From Zygnema circumcarinatum SAG 698-1b (Eukaryota > Plantae > Zygnematophyceae), in assembly GCA_037447605.1 (NCBI GenBank), contig CM074809.1, positions 3,400,689 to 3,464,688 on the forward strand: DNA of 64,000 nt, written 5' to 3'. The translations under genes were made by a program, and so were the position numbers. This document shows positions 10,406 through 23,261 of the stretch, in pieces. The notes under the pieces were generated by a model. The model was not told the origin of the DNA, did not search any database, and saw nothing but the letters and a program-made list of their open reading frames with translations. The number at the start of each line of letters is the position of its first letter. Position 1 is the stretch's first letter.

Positions 10406-13364
10406 ATGCCCAGCGTGCCTCTGTGCCTCTCCAGATTCGCTCAGCAGGAAGGAGCAGACAATATGTTCTCCGCTCTACGGCACCAGTCAAAGCGTTTTTC
10501 AACTGCACAAAACAGTTTGATTTCCAACCACGTGAAAGCTCCATGGAACCCCTCCCTGCCCCTACGGCACACCCTTTCCTCCAACTCCTCCAAAATTTTC
10601 GTGGCAACGTTTCGTTCAAGTGGTGCGTTGCAGAGCACAGCTTCAGACAGACTAGTGGGCTCTGCCACTAGGAGGCTCATGGAGATAGGCCGAAGTATGC
10701 GAGTAGCTAATGGCTCCCTCTTGGTTGTAGGAGGAGAGGAGTTTCTGAGGAGTAGTGGCTTATGGAAGTCAATGTGGGGTCATTGGGTAGAGAGGAGATG
10801 GGTGCCCCAGTTGCCCCCTTTAGCGAGGATATTGGGAATAACGACATGGGCTTGTTCCCGTTCACACATAGTTCCTAGAGGACTTGCTGTGCTATTGGGG
10901 GAGGCAACTTGGGGAAGAAAAGTCGCACATAGCTTTGCATCCGCAGAGGCTTACACTCCTTCAGCGGGGATCAGCAGAAAAACAGGATGGCAGCCTATAA
11001 TTACTGCATTTCAGGCCAGTTTTGAACTCTTAATCTTGTGGTGGCGAGCAATGTATCTGCTCGTTCTCTTCACTCCCGCCATTGTCTCGGGTCCCTTTGC
11101 GGATATGATGGGAGGAAGGTTTCGGCAGAAGTGGCTACAATTAGTGCATTACTCCTTAGAGAGTGCAGGTGCTGCTTTCATTAAGTGGGGGCAGTGGGCG
11201 GCTACTCGTCCTGACCTGTTCCCTAAAGATATGTGTGACGAGCTTTCTCGCTTGCACACTAAAGCACCTGCTCATAACTTTGAACATACAAAAAAAACAG
11301 TGGAAGGGGCATTTGGACGGAAGCTTACGGACATTTTTGACGACTTCGAAGATGAACCGGTTGCCTCTGGAAGCATTGCTCAGGTCCGTTTTGTTTCTTT
11401 CCTTACAAGCTTACTTCCCTTTAGCTCAATGGAGGAACGTTCGCTCTTGTGAAGAAGCGTAGAGTGAATCTTTTCTGAAATGTAGCCTGAAACCTTTTGT
11501 TTCGGATTGTGGGGTTCAGGTGCATAGAGCTGTGCTGAAAAGGAGATATCCGGGAGTGCAAACAGAGCCACAATTGGTAGCTGTGAAAGTGAGGCATCCG
11601 GGAGTGAGTGAAGTTATTCGGCGAGACTTTGTAATCATCAACTGGATAGCGAAGTTGTCAAGTTTTCTGCCCGCCACAAGATGGCTGAGATTGGAAGACA
11701 GCGTGCAGCAGTTTGCTACCTTCATGATGACTCAGGTAAGCCTCAGAGCTGTATGTTATATCCCGCACTAAAATTAGGGTTTGATGATCCCCAATCACTT
11801 TATTAGAGACTAAGCTCTGAGATAAATCCTCATTCCCCCTACCTACTTCCCAAAAGCTCCCAATCTCTAGAAGCTTAAGCTGTAAGCTGTAAGAAGGGTA
11901 GCTCTCATTTATGTTGTGTTGGTATAGGTCGATCTCGCCCGGGAAGCTGCCCAGTTAAGCCGCTTCATATACAACTTCAGGAGGTGGAAGGACGTTAGTT
12001 TTCCAAAGCCGGTGTACCCCTTAGTGCATCCGGAGGTGCTGGTGGAGACATTCGAGCAGGGGGAGAGTGTGACTCGCTATGTGGAGAGGCCGGGGAAAGA
12101 TCACATCGATACAGAGCTCGCACATTTGGGGAGCCATACCCTCCTCAAGATGCTCCTGGTAATTCTGAACCCTATGTCCTCAACCACTAAGAATGTATGG
12201 AATACAGTAGTGCAAAGCTGGCCCTTCACGGAGAGATAGAAACCGGAGGGTTTTGATCTTTACAAACTGTATGTAAAGAAAAAAAGCTCTTTACAGCATC
12301 AAGTCATTCAGAGCAAGGCTCGTCCCCTTCAAAGGCCGTCCTCTCACAAATCAGTCACCCTCCTTGTCTTATTTCTAGGTCGATAACTTCATCCATGCCG
12401 ACCTTCATCCGGGAAACATTCTCGTGAGGGTTCAGCGGCAGCCTAAAAGCCCCACGGGGGTTTTGAGGGGGCACCCTCACGTTGTCCTTTTGGACGTTGG
12501 AATGACGGCGGAGCTCTCTCCCAAGGACCGGTCCACCATGTTGGAGTTCTTCAAAGCGGTCGCCATCCGCGATGGGAAGAAGGCAGCGGAGTGCACTCTG
12601 CAGTTCACGAGGCAGCAGAACTGTCCCAACCCTGAACGCTTTGTTCGGGTGAGGAATGAACAAAGGAAGGAAGCAAGGAAGGAAGGACCTTGCGATGATG
12701 GTGATGATGCAATCTGTTCAGATGATGCAGATGGTATGGTGATGTAGCCCATGCAGTGACTGAGAGTGATGAGTGATGGCGGTTGCAGGAGGTGGACGCG
12801 GCCTTCAGAGTGTGGGACGCGCGGGGCGGGCGCGTGCCGACGGGGGAGTGCATTCAGGAGCTGCTCGAGCAGGTGCGCCGCCACCGCGTCAACATCGACG
12901 GGGACGTCTGCACCGTCATGATCACCACGCTCGTGCTCGAGGTCCGCCGCTATCCATGCCCATGCATGCATGCATGGGGAGGAATATGCATGCATGCATG
13001 CATGCATGGGGAGGAATATGCATGCATGCATGCATGGGGAGGAATATGCATGCATGCATGCATGCATGGGGAGGAATATGCATGCATGCATGCATGGGGA
13101 GGAATATGCATGCATGCATGCATGCATGCATGCATGGGGAGGGATGTATGCGTGGATGCATGGATGCATGGGGAGGGATGTATGCGTGGATGCATGGATG
13201 CATGGGGAGGGATGTATGCGTGGATGCATGGATGCATAGGGAGGGATATGCATGCATGTATGCATGCATCATGCATGGTGATGGATAGGGGCGAATAGGG
13301 TATACATAGGGCAGTAAGGTTAAGGTTATCGTTTGGGTATCCAAAGCAACTCTCTCTCTCTCTC

Positions 13365-13414
<50 letters not shown>

Positions 13415-13617
13415 GTCTCTCTCTCTCCTCTCTCTGTCTCTCTCTCTCTCTCTCTCCATTTAGTCTTTTTTTCTGAGTGTTGTTGAAGTTTTTGCAGGGA
13501 TGGCAGCGGAAGCTTGATCCTGATCTGAGTGTGATGGACACGCTGCACTCCATTCTGTTCAAGTCGGACTGGGCGGCGGACCTCTCCTACACCATTGACG
13601 GCTTGATGTCGCCTTGA
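10406..13617 (+). CDS. ABC1/UbiB atypical kinase, ADCK2/abkC-like clade, 6 coding exons, probable organellar targeting peptide
   Basis: AFIKWGQWAATRPDLFP, LHTKAPAH, PVASGSIAQVHRA, VAVKVRHPGV, DLAREA, FPKPVYPLVHPEVLVETFE, NFIHADLHPGNIL, LLDVGM, LEGWQRKLDPD. TGA ends at 13617. The start codon (10406 vs 10463) is uncertain. Confidence 0.93.
12955..13275. repeat. (CATG)n-based satellite with GGGAGGAATATG/GGGAGGGATG spacers in the last ABC1K intron
   Basis: Tandem catgcatgcatg blocks separated by purine spacers, followed by a (CT)n tract at 13349-13456. Confidence 0.9.
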
Positions 13618-14638
13618 CCTCCAAACCCCAAGTCTTAAACCCTACTACCACAAAACCCTAATTTCCCATGCCACTTAAAGCTTAAGTCCATAGGCTTGTT
13701 AAGGCCTGAAGCTCCCATATTCAGAGTACAAGGAGAGGAGGCAGAGGAAAAAAGAGAGAGTAAGTGAGAGAGAGGGAGAAAGAGCGAGAGAGGGGGGGGG
13801 GGACGAGAAAGAGAGAGAGAGAGAGGGGGTACAGATTTGTTGTCGTAGTGGAGTTACAACATCACTGCGGTCAACATCAAGAGGAGTTTTTTTTTTTTTC
13901 GAAGTATTGCAGAGAGGGCGCCTTCCAATTTTGCTCCAGTGCCGAAAAATAAAGATTTCACCTTTAGCCTCCTTATGTCTCCCACCCGCCGGGCCCTTTA
14001 GGCCGTACACCCTGTGAGAGCTTCCATTAGGGTTCAGGTCCCAGGAAACCCTAATTGTGCTCTCAAGTTCCTTTCAATTGACAACACTCGGACCCAACCA
14101 GAGGGGTTCAGGTGTAATAAAAGTCCGTCAGCGCGGTAATTTGCTAGGGTTCAGGAAAATAGCTGTGCAGGTTCTAGCCCCCTGTAAGGCGCCTTGTTGT
14201 TCGATGACACCATATTATAAGTCATGGATCTTCTTTGTGGCCCCCAAGACAATGCATTGCGTGTGCTTCTGTGTGCGATGAATGTGGACGTGTTTTATAT
14301 TGCTGTTCATGGAAACGAGAGACGAAAGGAAGCTAGAAGCTGTGGTATCTATGGGGGTGTGGTCAGGTATGAATTCTGAGCCCTAGTTTGTTAAACCCAT
14401 GTTGTAAAGTGGTCACAAATGACCTAGGATTGGAAGTATGGGTATGAACGAAACTTGGTTCTAGGCCCAACAACAACATGACGGCTCTAGAAGCGGCCTC
14501 TATGGGTTAGAAAATAGCAGGGACTAGAAAGGAGGGTTCACATTTGCTCAACACCAGATGTATCAGCCGTTATCAGTCTTATTACTGTAACTGTGACTGA
14601 AACAGGAATGGACTGGATTCACAAAGAACATGCGACCC

Positions 14639-14733
14639 GTACGGTCAAGTACGATTTCGTACAAGTCCGACTGACCGTACGGTACATTTCAGTGCTGTTC
14701 GTACCGTACGAAATATATTGTACCTTTTTGTAC
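14639..14733. promoter_or_regulatory. GTAC/CCGTAC cluster upstream of SF3B6
   Basis: Nine GTAC tetramers in 95 bp, including two CCGTACGG palindromes, 170-270 bp upstream of the ATG. Function is inferred only. Confidence 0.45.
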
Positions 14734-14904
14734 TTTTGGCCGCCTTTGGGGCCCTTTCACTCGGACCTGCTTTCTGACTCTGCTCAAATGTAGGTCAAAT
14801 TTTTGCAGGTGCTGCTGCTTTGCTGTGCAGGAGGTGGACAATATAGGATTGCGCCCGTTCTGATATCTCCCTAATTCTATTGGAGGGGGAGGATTTGAGG
14901 CACG

Positions 14905-16515
14905 ATGGCTACGAGGCGTTCTAATGTGAGTTTTTGGAGTACGAATGGTTTTGTGTATTTGATTTTTACGGTTTGAAGAGGTTTTTTTTGGGGGGAGTGA
15001 GGATGCAGCTGATGCATGGAATGTATATTATGAACAGAGGAGATGGTAAGATAGGTTTTTTTTTTCTTTTTACGGTTACAAAGTGCCATCCATCCACCTG
15101 TTGAATAAGAGATTCGTTCCTATCTGCTGTGCTGATTCTACGAATCAGGGTTTTAACTCAGAGTATTAGCGTTTGTATGGTTTTGTAGAATACGTGCAGA
15201 GGAAGTCTACGGTGATTTAGGATGTAGAAGAAGAACCATTAACTAGGGAGTAAATGAATCAACTATTCGATGTCGAATTTATAATATGCTATTTGAAATT
15301 TCAAGAAATATCCGGCTGACATGGATTAGGGTTCTTGCGGTAGTGAGAAATCGTCATGTTTCCCGTTTGAAACATTTGTTTCCAAGAATCTATTTATAAG
15401 CTGTTTCCTTTCTGTGAATGGATGGCAGGCTCGGCTACCTCCTGAAGTCAACAGAGTGCTCTATGTTAGGTACGTGGGCCCCTTTGGAGGACTATGGAAT
15501 TTACACGATTGCTAAAGCAGGCTCTCGCTCAATGATAGCTGTAAAGGCCATCGTATTTCGTCGTGCAGTTTATCATCAGTCGGAAAAAGTGATTAGATAG
15601 AATAACTCGTTGTTCTGAAACTGGTATGGATTTTGACTGGACAAACGAAACCTATGGCAAATACTGCAAATGGTGGGCTGAAGGAAGTACAACCCCTCTC
15701 ATTGCTTTTTATTTGTCCAGAAACCTTCCTTTCAACATTTCAGCTGATGAAATGTACGATATTTTTGGGAAGTACGGGGCGATTCGGCAAATCAGAGTGT
15801 GAGTTCCAAAACTTTGGACTCACTAGCCGGTGGTATGAGTGCACTGAAGCTAGATATTGGGACCTTAGCAAAACCAATTGGGGTTTCTGAAATGGACTGC
15901 AATTCTTTTGTCTGCGCGCACCACGCTGTAATTGATGTTGCCCTTCTTTTACTGAACTGGACCCTGAATGTATCCATCAGTAATTGCAGTTACCTTCAAT
16001 AGTTACTTATGTATCTCGTGAATGCAGAGGCACAGCCAAGGACACAAGAGGAACTGCCTTTGTAGTTTATGAAGACATTTATGATGCAAAGAATGCAGTT
16101 GATCATCTTTCCGGTTTTAATGTCGCCAATCGCTACCTCATCGTCCTCTACTACCAGCAGGCCAAGATGACGAAGAAGGTGGATGCGGTGAGTTTCAGTT
16201 CCATTATCACTTTCAGTTCCAGTTTTTAGCCTAGTTGTATTCTCCTTCCATGAAAGACGACTGTTTTTAGGGCTCGGAAGCCTCTCCTGTCCTGCTTCAC
16301 TTTGATGATGCTCGTGCCCGCATTAGCTTCTCAAGCTGAAGAGTCAACATCGTCAGAAGTATGCGTGTAATTGGTCTACATTTGTTCGGCAGAGGCTGCT
16401 GATGCAAGATTTCTGATTTATTTTATCTGTCGGGTTGGGATTGCAGAAGAAAAAGGAAGAGGAGCTGACAAAGTTGCAAGAAAAATACGGTGTTTCGACT
16501 AAAGACGTTAAATAA
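14905..16515 (+). CDS. SF3B6: Splicing factor 3B subunit 6 (SF3b14a/p14), 5 coding exons
   Basis: MATRRSN|[14 protein letters not shown]|[25 protein letters not shown]|..[37 protein letters not shown]..|[16 protein letters not shown]. All junctions are GT-AG and in frame. Confidence 0.97.
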
Positions 16516-17077
16516 AGCGAATGAAAAGAATTTTAGGATAGATTTGTTCGTGCGAAAGCTTTTAGGGTTTAGCATTGCTCGCTCGCCTCTTGTAAAAAGA
16601 ATCAAATCTTTAGTGCCACCTCCTACCGTTCAATTGATTGTTTCTTCTTCTCCTTCAAATGAATTTGTTTGGAAGTCGAAGGTTATTTTCGTCAACACGG
16701 CTTTTAGGGCTCTGAATACGCAGCTGTCGTTGGTGCTCTTTCGGGGCGTCAAGATGTGAAATCTGAAACCCTAAATCCTGATCCCACTTTAAAACCCTAA
16801 ATTCTAAAACATTGAGGCCTGAACCCCCTCCAAAACCCTAATTCCAAAAGACGCCTTGACCCCAAAGCCCTAGACCCTAAATTCTAAACCACCTCTGACC
16901 CCAACCCCATATGAGTGAGCCAACAGCAGCATTCGTCATGCATGTCACGTGGCTCAGCCCGACATCCATGGACCCATAACCATATCGAGAACCAAATTTT
17001 GGAACATCATATTCACCATGGAGAACAGGAAAGAAGAATAATTAGGGCAACATCAAGTTACAACATCAACATTAACA

Positions 17078-19867
17078 TCACGATGAAGATGACGAGGCTT
17101 TCTTGACGACTGCTATTGAAAGCTCCTCCAGCTGCCTTCCATCCACAGAGGCAGGAGCCCGCGTGAGGAGGCACTGGGCAGTTGTGGTCTTTGGAAAAGC
17201 GATCACATCCCGAATGGAGGCTTCGTCTGCCAACAACATGGCAAGGCGATCCAACCCAAAGGCAATGCCTCCTGCCAGAAAACAGGGCAAACAGGGAAAA
17301 GGGGGAAAAAGGGAAGGGGGAGGGGGAGGGAGGGGGGGGGGGGAAACAAACAATATTGTGAATAAAAAGAGTGGAAGAGTGTCTGGAATTGACGAATTGG
17401 AGGAAAGGAAGGGGAAAGGGAGGGGGAGGGAGGGGGGGGGGGGAACAAACAATATTGTGAATAAAAAGAGTGGAAAGGTGTCTGGAATTGAAGAATTGGA
17501 GGAAAGGAAGGGGAGGGGGAGGGAGGGAGGAAGGGACTAATGCTCCACTTTACCGTGAGGAGGAGCTCCAAAGTCGAATGCTTCAAGGAGGTAACCGAAC
17601 TTCTCCTCAGCCTGCAGAGCCTCCATGGTTCAGAAGCCCGAAGTTAGGGTTTAGGATTAGGGTTCAGAGCTTCTGCAGATGCGATCGTGAATTGTGAAAC
17701 TGCAAAAGTCGGACAAGACCAAAATACAGCTTCAGAAGGGTTCAGGGGGCTTAAGGCTTGTTCGGGCATTGGGAGGACGATGCCGCACCTCCTCTGCAGA
17801 AAGTCCGATCAATCTGAACACACGTTCCTGAATGTCTCTCCGATAGGTGCGCAGACTCCCCCCCCCAATCTGTAAATTAAAACAAACAAAGGGAGGGCCG
17901 GGGGGGAGAGGGAGAGGGTTAGATGGACGGGTCTTTGTGTCATCACTGCAAAAGCAAGCGTGGAAACCACGCCTTTTAGATACTTGCCGAGGTTGTTCTA
18001 TGTAAGAAAACAGTTGAAACAGAAGGGTTTGAATGCCGGCCACAAATGTACGCACTTCGACTCCGTTGTAAACCATATCGTACGCGAGAGCTCGCGCGTT
18101 CTCGAGGTCTCCCATGTCCTCCGGATGGGGTGCGGTAAAGGGGTGATGCAGGGCCTGCCCCCAGAGAGAGAGTGGGAGAGAGAGAGGCAGAGACAGAGAG
18201 GGAGAGAGAGAGGCAGAGAGAGAGAGGGAGAGAGAGAGGCAGAGAGAGAGAGGGAGAGAGAGAGGCAGAGAGAGAGAGGGAGAGAGAGAGAGGGAGAGAG
18301 AGAGGCAGAGCGAGAGAGGGAGAGAGAGGCAGAGAGAGAGAGAGGGAGAGAGGCAGAGAGAGAGAGGGAGAGAGAGAGGCAGAGAGAGAGGGAGAGAAAG
18401 AGGCAGAGAGAGAGGGAGAGAGAGAGAGTAAGAGAGAGGGTTGTGAGGAGAAGCCACAACAGCTCATTGCAACATAGCGCTATTTGGATAAACTTTTTCT
18501 AGAACACGAACTGAACCTTCACATTATAGACTACTGATTCTTAAAGGAACAAACTTGAGCCCACCTCTGCCCTTTGCTGCTCTTCATTCCACTCCACGAG
18601 AGGGAAGTCTGTTACCCAAAGCATCGCATGCATGTCCTGAACCCCAACACCCAGAATGTCATCTTCTTTAGAAAGAACTTCAGGGTTTTCGGAGATCTTA
18701 AAAAGCTTACGATACAAAGATCAAAGAGCTCCTGTTCGCCTATCGAAGCATGTCACCAGAAACAGCAAAAAAAGCAAGCCGCATAGAAACATCAATGCAA
18801 CACAGATCATACTATTAGTTTTACTATCGCTATTGTTGATGTTTTTGGCTCACCTTTGGGATAAGGTCGAGACTGCGAGCAAGAAAATTCCGCAATCTGT
18901 CAAGAGTTTTCCTGACTTGAGAAATGGGTCCGGCAGCAAACAGAAGCAAATCTCCCTCTTTAGCTTCACAACGTTCCAAAAGAGCAGCCCTTTGATGTTC
19001 ACTGAGGTTGGAAGTTATGGCCGCTATGCCTTCAACCTCACCTGCAAAAAATCACATGCAAAGACATATATTTATGCATGGAAGAATGAATGATCTCTGT
19101 TCTTGTCAAATTCAGGGGCTCAGAAATCTTAACTTTCAGGTCTTAGTGTCTCTAAAGCTTCAAAGACCCTAGGGTTTGCTGGGTTTCAAAAAGTGTGCTC
19201 GGTTTTGGCTAAATTCGGACCATTTTATCCTGCTGTTGTGCTGATCGAAATGACCAAAAAAGGCAACCGGCTCGATGGGTAATGTCCTCGTCAAGGAGGG
19301 GAGGGAGGGGAGGGGGGAGGGGAGAGAAAGAGAAAAGGGAAAACAGAGAGGGAGAGAGAGAGAGAGAGAGAGTGAGGAGGGAGAGGGGGGAGTGGGGGAG
19401 GGGGAGGTGGAGGGAGAGTGTGTGGGGGATGGGGGGCAGAAAGAGAGTGTGAGAGAGAGAGAGTGAAGAACGAGAGAGAGAGAAAGAGAGAAGAGAGAGA
19501 GAGAGAGGGGGAGAGGGTGGTGGCGCTATACCTCCAGCCAGCACCTTTAAAAAGGCAAGTCCCTTCGCCCCTGAGCTGATCGCTTCCTGAAACACGTCTC
19601 CCTTCTTGAGTCGAGTGGCTGAAATTTTTGCTGCCCCTTCCGGGACTGCGATCGCCTGAATGGCTCCGCCCTCCTCCAGGGCAGCGGAAAAAACTTTGAA
19701 GCCGGAGTCGCGGAAAAGATCGGACACCTGTCAGCCCCCTTCTCAACTCAAAAACTTTCGTCTTCCTTCCCCACTGTCACTCTCTCTCTCTCACTTCCCC
19801 CTCTCTCCCGTCTCCCCCTTATTAACTCAAAAAAAATCGTCTTCCTGCCCCACTGTCACTCACTCCG

Positions 19868-19898
<31 letters not shown>

Positions 19899-22800
19899 TC
19901 CCCCTCTCTCCCGTCACCCCCTTCTTAACTCAAAAACTTTCGTCTTCCTGCCCCACTTCACTCACTCCGTCACTCTCTCTCTCTCTCTCTCCCTTCTCCC
20001 CTCTCTCCCTTCTCTCTCATTCCCAACAGATTTCCCTCTCAGAATTTTTGTAAAGCATTTCTCACCTCCTGCAGTTCCATCCCAAAGCGGAGATCAGGTT
20101 TGTCTGAGCCGTAACGTGATTGGGCCTCGGCATAGGTGAGGCGGGGAAAGGGGGAGGGGAGGTCTATGGCGGCCACCTCCTTAAAGACCTGCAGGGGGAG
20201 GGAGGTAGGGGGAGAGAGAGGAGAAAACCCGGAAAAGAGGGGAAGGTAAGCAGGGAGGGGAGGAGGAAGGGATAGGTCTGTGGCGAGAAATCACTTCATA
20301 AAATCAATTGAGAATACAGAAAGTGGGATCACGATATCCCAGTTGAAAGCGGGTTCAAGTAGACTAATCCTATTCCTATTTTCAATTAAAGGACACAATG
20401 AAATAAGGCGAATGCGGACCTGAGGGCATTAAAGCCCGTGTTGCTATGACAAAAGGCAGGGAAAGAGTTGTGAATGTATTGAAGCATACATGCCGAATGA
20501 GGTTTTCATTGATTTGAAGCATATCCTCTAACGGAGTGAAAGCGAGTTCCATGTCCAACTGAGTAAACTCCGGTTGTCGGTCTGCTCGCAAATCTTCATC
20601 TCGAAAACATCTGCATCCCCATGCTAAGCTCGTACTTATCAAAAAGAAAGAGGACGAGAGAGACACAGAGAGAGAACGAGAGAGAGTGAGAGAAGAAAGG
20701 AGAGAGACAGAAGGAAAATCAACACAACATCTACATTGCATAAAGCAAGGTGAAAATGTCTGCCCCTTGAAGACTAGGAAGAATCAGCAACCCTGAAAAC
20801 CCTAAACCTCTTTGTATCAGGACCTGAGTCTTCACCGAGCTATCTGATAGTAGCGGTCGAATCCTGCCACCATAAGCATTTGTTTGAAGAGTTGCGGACT
20901 CTGAGGGAGCGCATAGAACTCCCCTCCCTGTTCTCCCATCGCAGAACTTCAGGGTATTAGGTTTCAGACTTTCTTTCCATTACAAATGCGTGAATTTTAT
21001 GAAGGGTTTCATGGGTGATATTATCTTTAGAGTTTATGCTGTACTGCGACAGAGGTAAAGTAGCTCTCTATCTGCTTGTTTGAGGGGGGAGAGGAGGAAT
21101 ACCTGCACTCGAGAAGGAACGAGGTAGTCTCTCGCTCCCTCTGGAGTAGAGCGAGTAAGAATTGGAGTCTCAATCTGAAACATTCCAACCCCCCACGCAA
21201 GCAAACTACTGATCTTAACAAATGACTAAAAATCAGAATAAAGTCGCTGCTACAACTACTCACATCTCTTCCATACACGACTACGTCGCAACTTCCACAC
21301 ATGAAGCAGAATGCAGGCTCACTGAAAGAGACTGATGAGCTGTTTGCCAAGGTATACGAAGGTAGACCCGAGCACACCTCAATAAAGCCGAGAATGTCCT
21401 CCAAATATCTTCGTAGAACCTTCACAGTTTGATGTCTCAGACGCAGATTTCGACTCATTTGCTGCCTTCTAAGGTCCAGATGTCGATACCTGCATTTCCG
21501 AGAAGGAGCGAGCTCACACATCTCTCTCTCTCTCTCTCTCTCTCTCACTTCCCCTCTCTCTCTTTCTCTAGCTTAACCGGTAGAACAAGCCCTAAAAACA
21601 AGCAACTCCTAAATTGAATCAATATGGTGAGAATACTTGATACCTCGTAAACAAGAGTTTAGGACTGTGGCTCTCAGCACTAATCTTACATTCTTCAATA
21701 TTTCTCAATTCCTCTCTAAGTTGCATTCCCAAGTCTCCTCGGCTCAGGACAGGAGTAAGTTTCAAGATCTTGGAAGAGATCGAGAATGTAGGACCTCTTT
21801 TAAGATGGAGTGAAAATCTCTGCTTCAACTGAAGCACAGATAACAGCAAGAGACTAACCGCAGGCGCACCTCCTCACGAATTACTTCCTCCTTTCCGTCA
21901 GGTGATGTCACCAAAAAAGGGAGGGCTCTCCGAACCACATTAAGGACTTCAACGCTCTCAGCTTCCACCTGTGCGGATGAAGAGGGTGTAGAAAGGGAGA
22001 GAGTGAGAAAAAGGGAGAGAGAGAGGAAAGGGTGTGTGTGTGTGAAAGAGGGAGAAAAAGCACCAGACCTTATTGGTGAAACATTCTAGACTTTTTAATC
22101 TCAACCTATATGATCCAAGTTCAGCGACGTGATGCATGCGTTGATAAGGAATGAAGCGGAAAACGACGAGCTGGCCAGCAGCGATGATGCTGCGAAGAAC
22201 CATGCTGGGAGTTCCAATGCAGGAGTTGAATAGCGAAACAGAGTAGTACAATTTGCCATAGTTAGCTTTAAGTGAGCAACGTATGTGCCTCTATCAATGG
22301 CTGAAATGTGAACGCACCTCAATGGCTCCAGTAGCCATGCGCGCATTGAGAACAGGGGCAGGGCGGCGACGAACTGTCCCCTCTATCGCTACAACATACT
22401 CCATGCGAACCCCCTCAGCTGCTTCATGCGCTTGCAGATATTTTGTAGGGTTTGTAGTCACCTGAGTGACAACCATAGTGCTTGATTTCGATAAGCTTTG
22501 ACTGTGACCCAAATGACAGGGATTGCAAGGGCCTGCATTACACTCTAACCCTTAATATACTCTACCTAATCCTAACCATAACGCTGGGTATAAGCATGAC
22601 CCCAACCCTGAAACTTTGACCAGAATCCAAAGCCTAACTCTAACCTAGTTCTAACCCTTATCTTTAATGCTATCCTGTTTTAAACTAATATTAATCTTTA
22701 CAAACAGAATGATAATACGTACACGACTTCCAGCGAATGATCTGCAAAATGCAGTTGCAAAACTATTTTTTTTTCGGGCTTCTCTTTGTCAGCAGCACCC

Positions 22801-23261
22801 TCCTCCCTCACCTGCACGATCCCTGAGTGATCCCTCACGTTCACAAACGCCACTCCGCCATGGCTACGCTGTGAGGCAACCCAGCCACATAACCGTACGG
22901 TCTGCCCTACATCGTCTTCCCTCAAACTTCCGCAGAGATGCGTCCGAGTCGTCCACTTGAGAGCCTCCCCTTCTGCATCACCCTGGCTCCCTCCTCCTAC
23001 CTCGCTCGGAAGCTGAAGAGTTTCAGGGTTCAGCACAGCCACAGCGGGCTTCCTCATGCTGCCCCTCCTCCTCAACCCTGAACCCTCTAGCGCAGGATTC
23101 AGGACCGCCACGTGGCTGCTGCTCCGCCCTAAAGCAGCCACGTGGCGCCCTGCGCGACTCCTCCATGGCTGCCTGCATGCCTGCGGAAGATGAGCAGCCA
23201 TGCATGGCCATCCCCGAGCCGCCGCAGGCGGGGAGAGGCGCAGGAGGGAGCGCCAGGCCAT
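17078..23261 (-). CDS. aspS: Aspartyl-tRNA synthetase, bacterial-type (organellar), with an N-terminal transit peptide
   Basis: [154 protein letters not shown]. Confidence 0.96.
18160..18440. repeat. (GA)n/GAGAGAGAGGCA compound microsatellite in an aspS intron
   Basis: About 280 bp of nearly pure GA/GGCA units. Confidence 0.9.
19745..20030. repeat. Three-copy ~80-100 bp minisatellite filling aspS intron 19728-20065
   Basis: The unit actcaaaaa-(ctt)tcgtcttcc...cact...ctctctctcacttccccctctctcccgt starts at about 19745, 19824 and 19928. Confidence 0.8.

Noticed and set aside
12477-13548. Long ORFs rich in MHAC/CMHA in several frames
   Set aside because: They are translations of the intronic CATG satellite and (CT)n tract, not proteins.
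17335-17525. Two-copy ~100-bp tandem duplication in the last aspS intron (similar ones at 28410-28620)
   Set aside because: Ordinary local slippage duplications without TIRs, TSDs or spacers; not CRISPR-like.
17732-18502. Many ER/SL-repeat and proline/glycine-rich ORFs here and throughout the window
   Set aside because: They arise from GA/CT microsatellites in introns; the real exons were identified by motif and splice phase.
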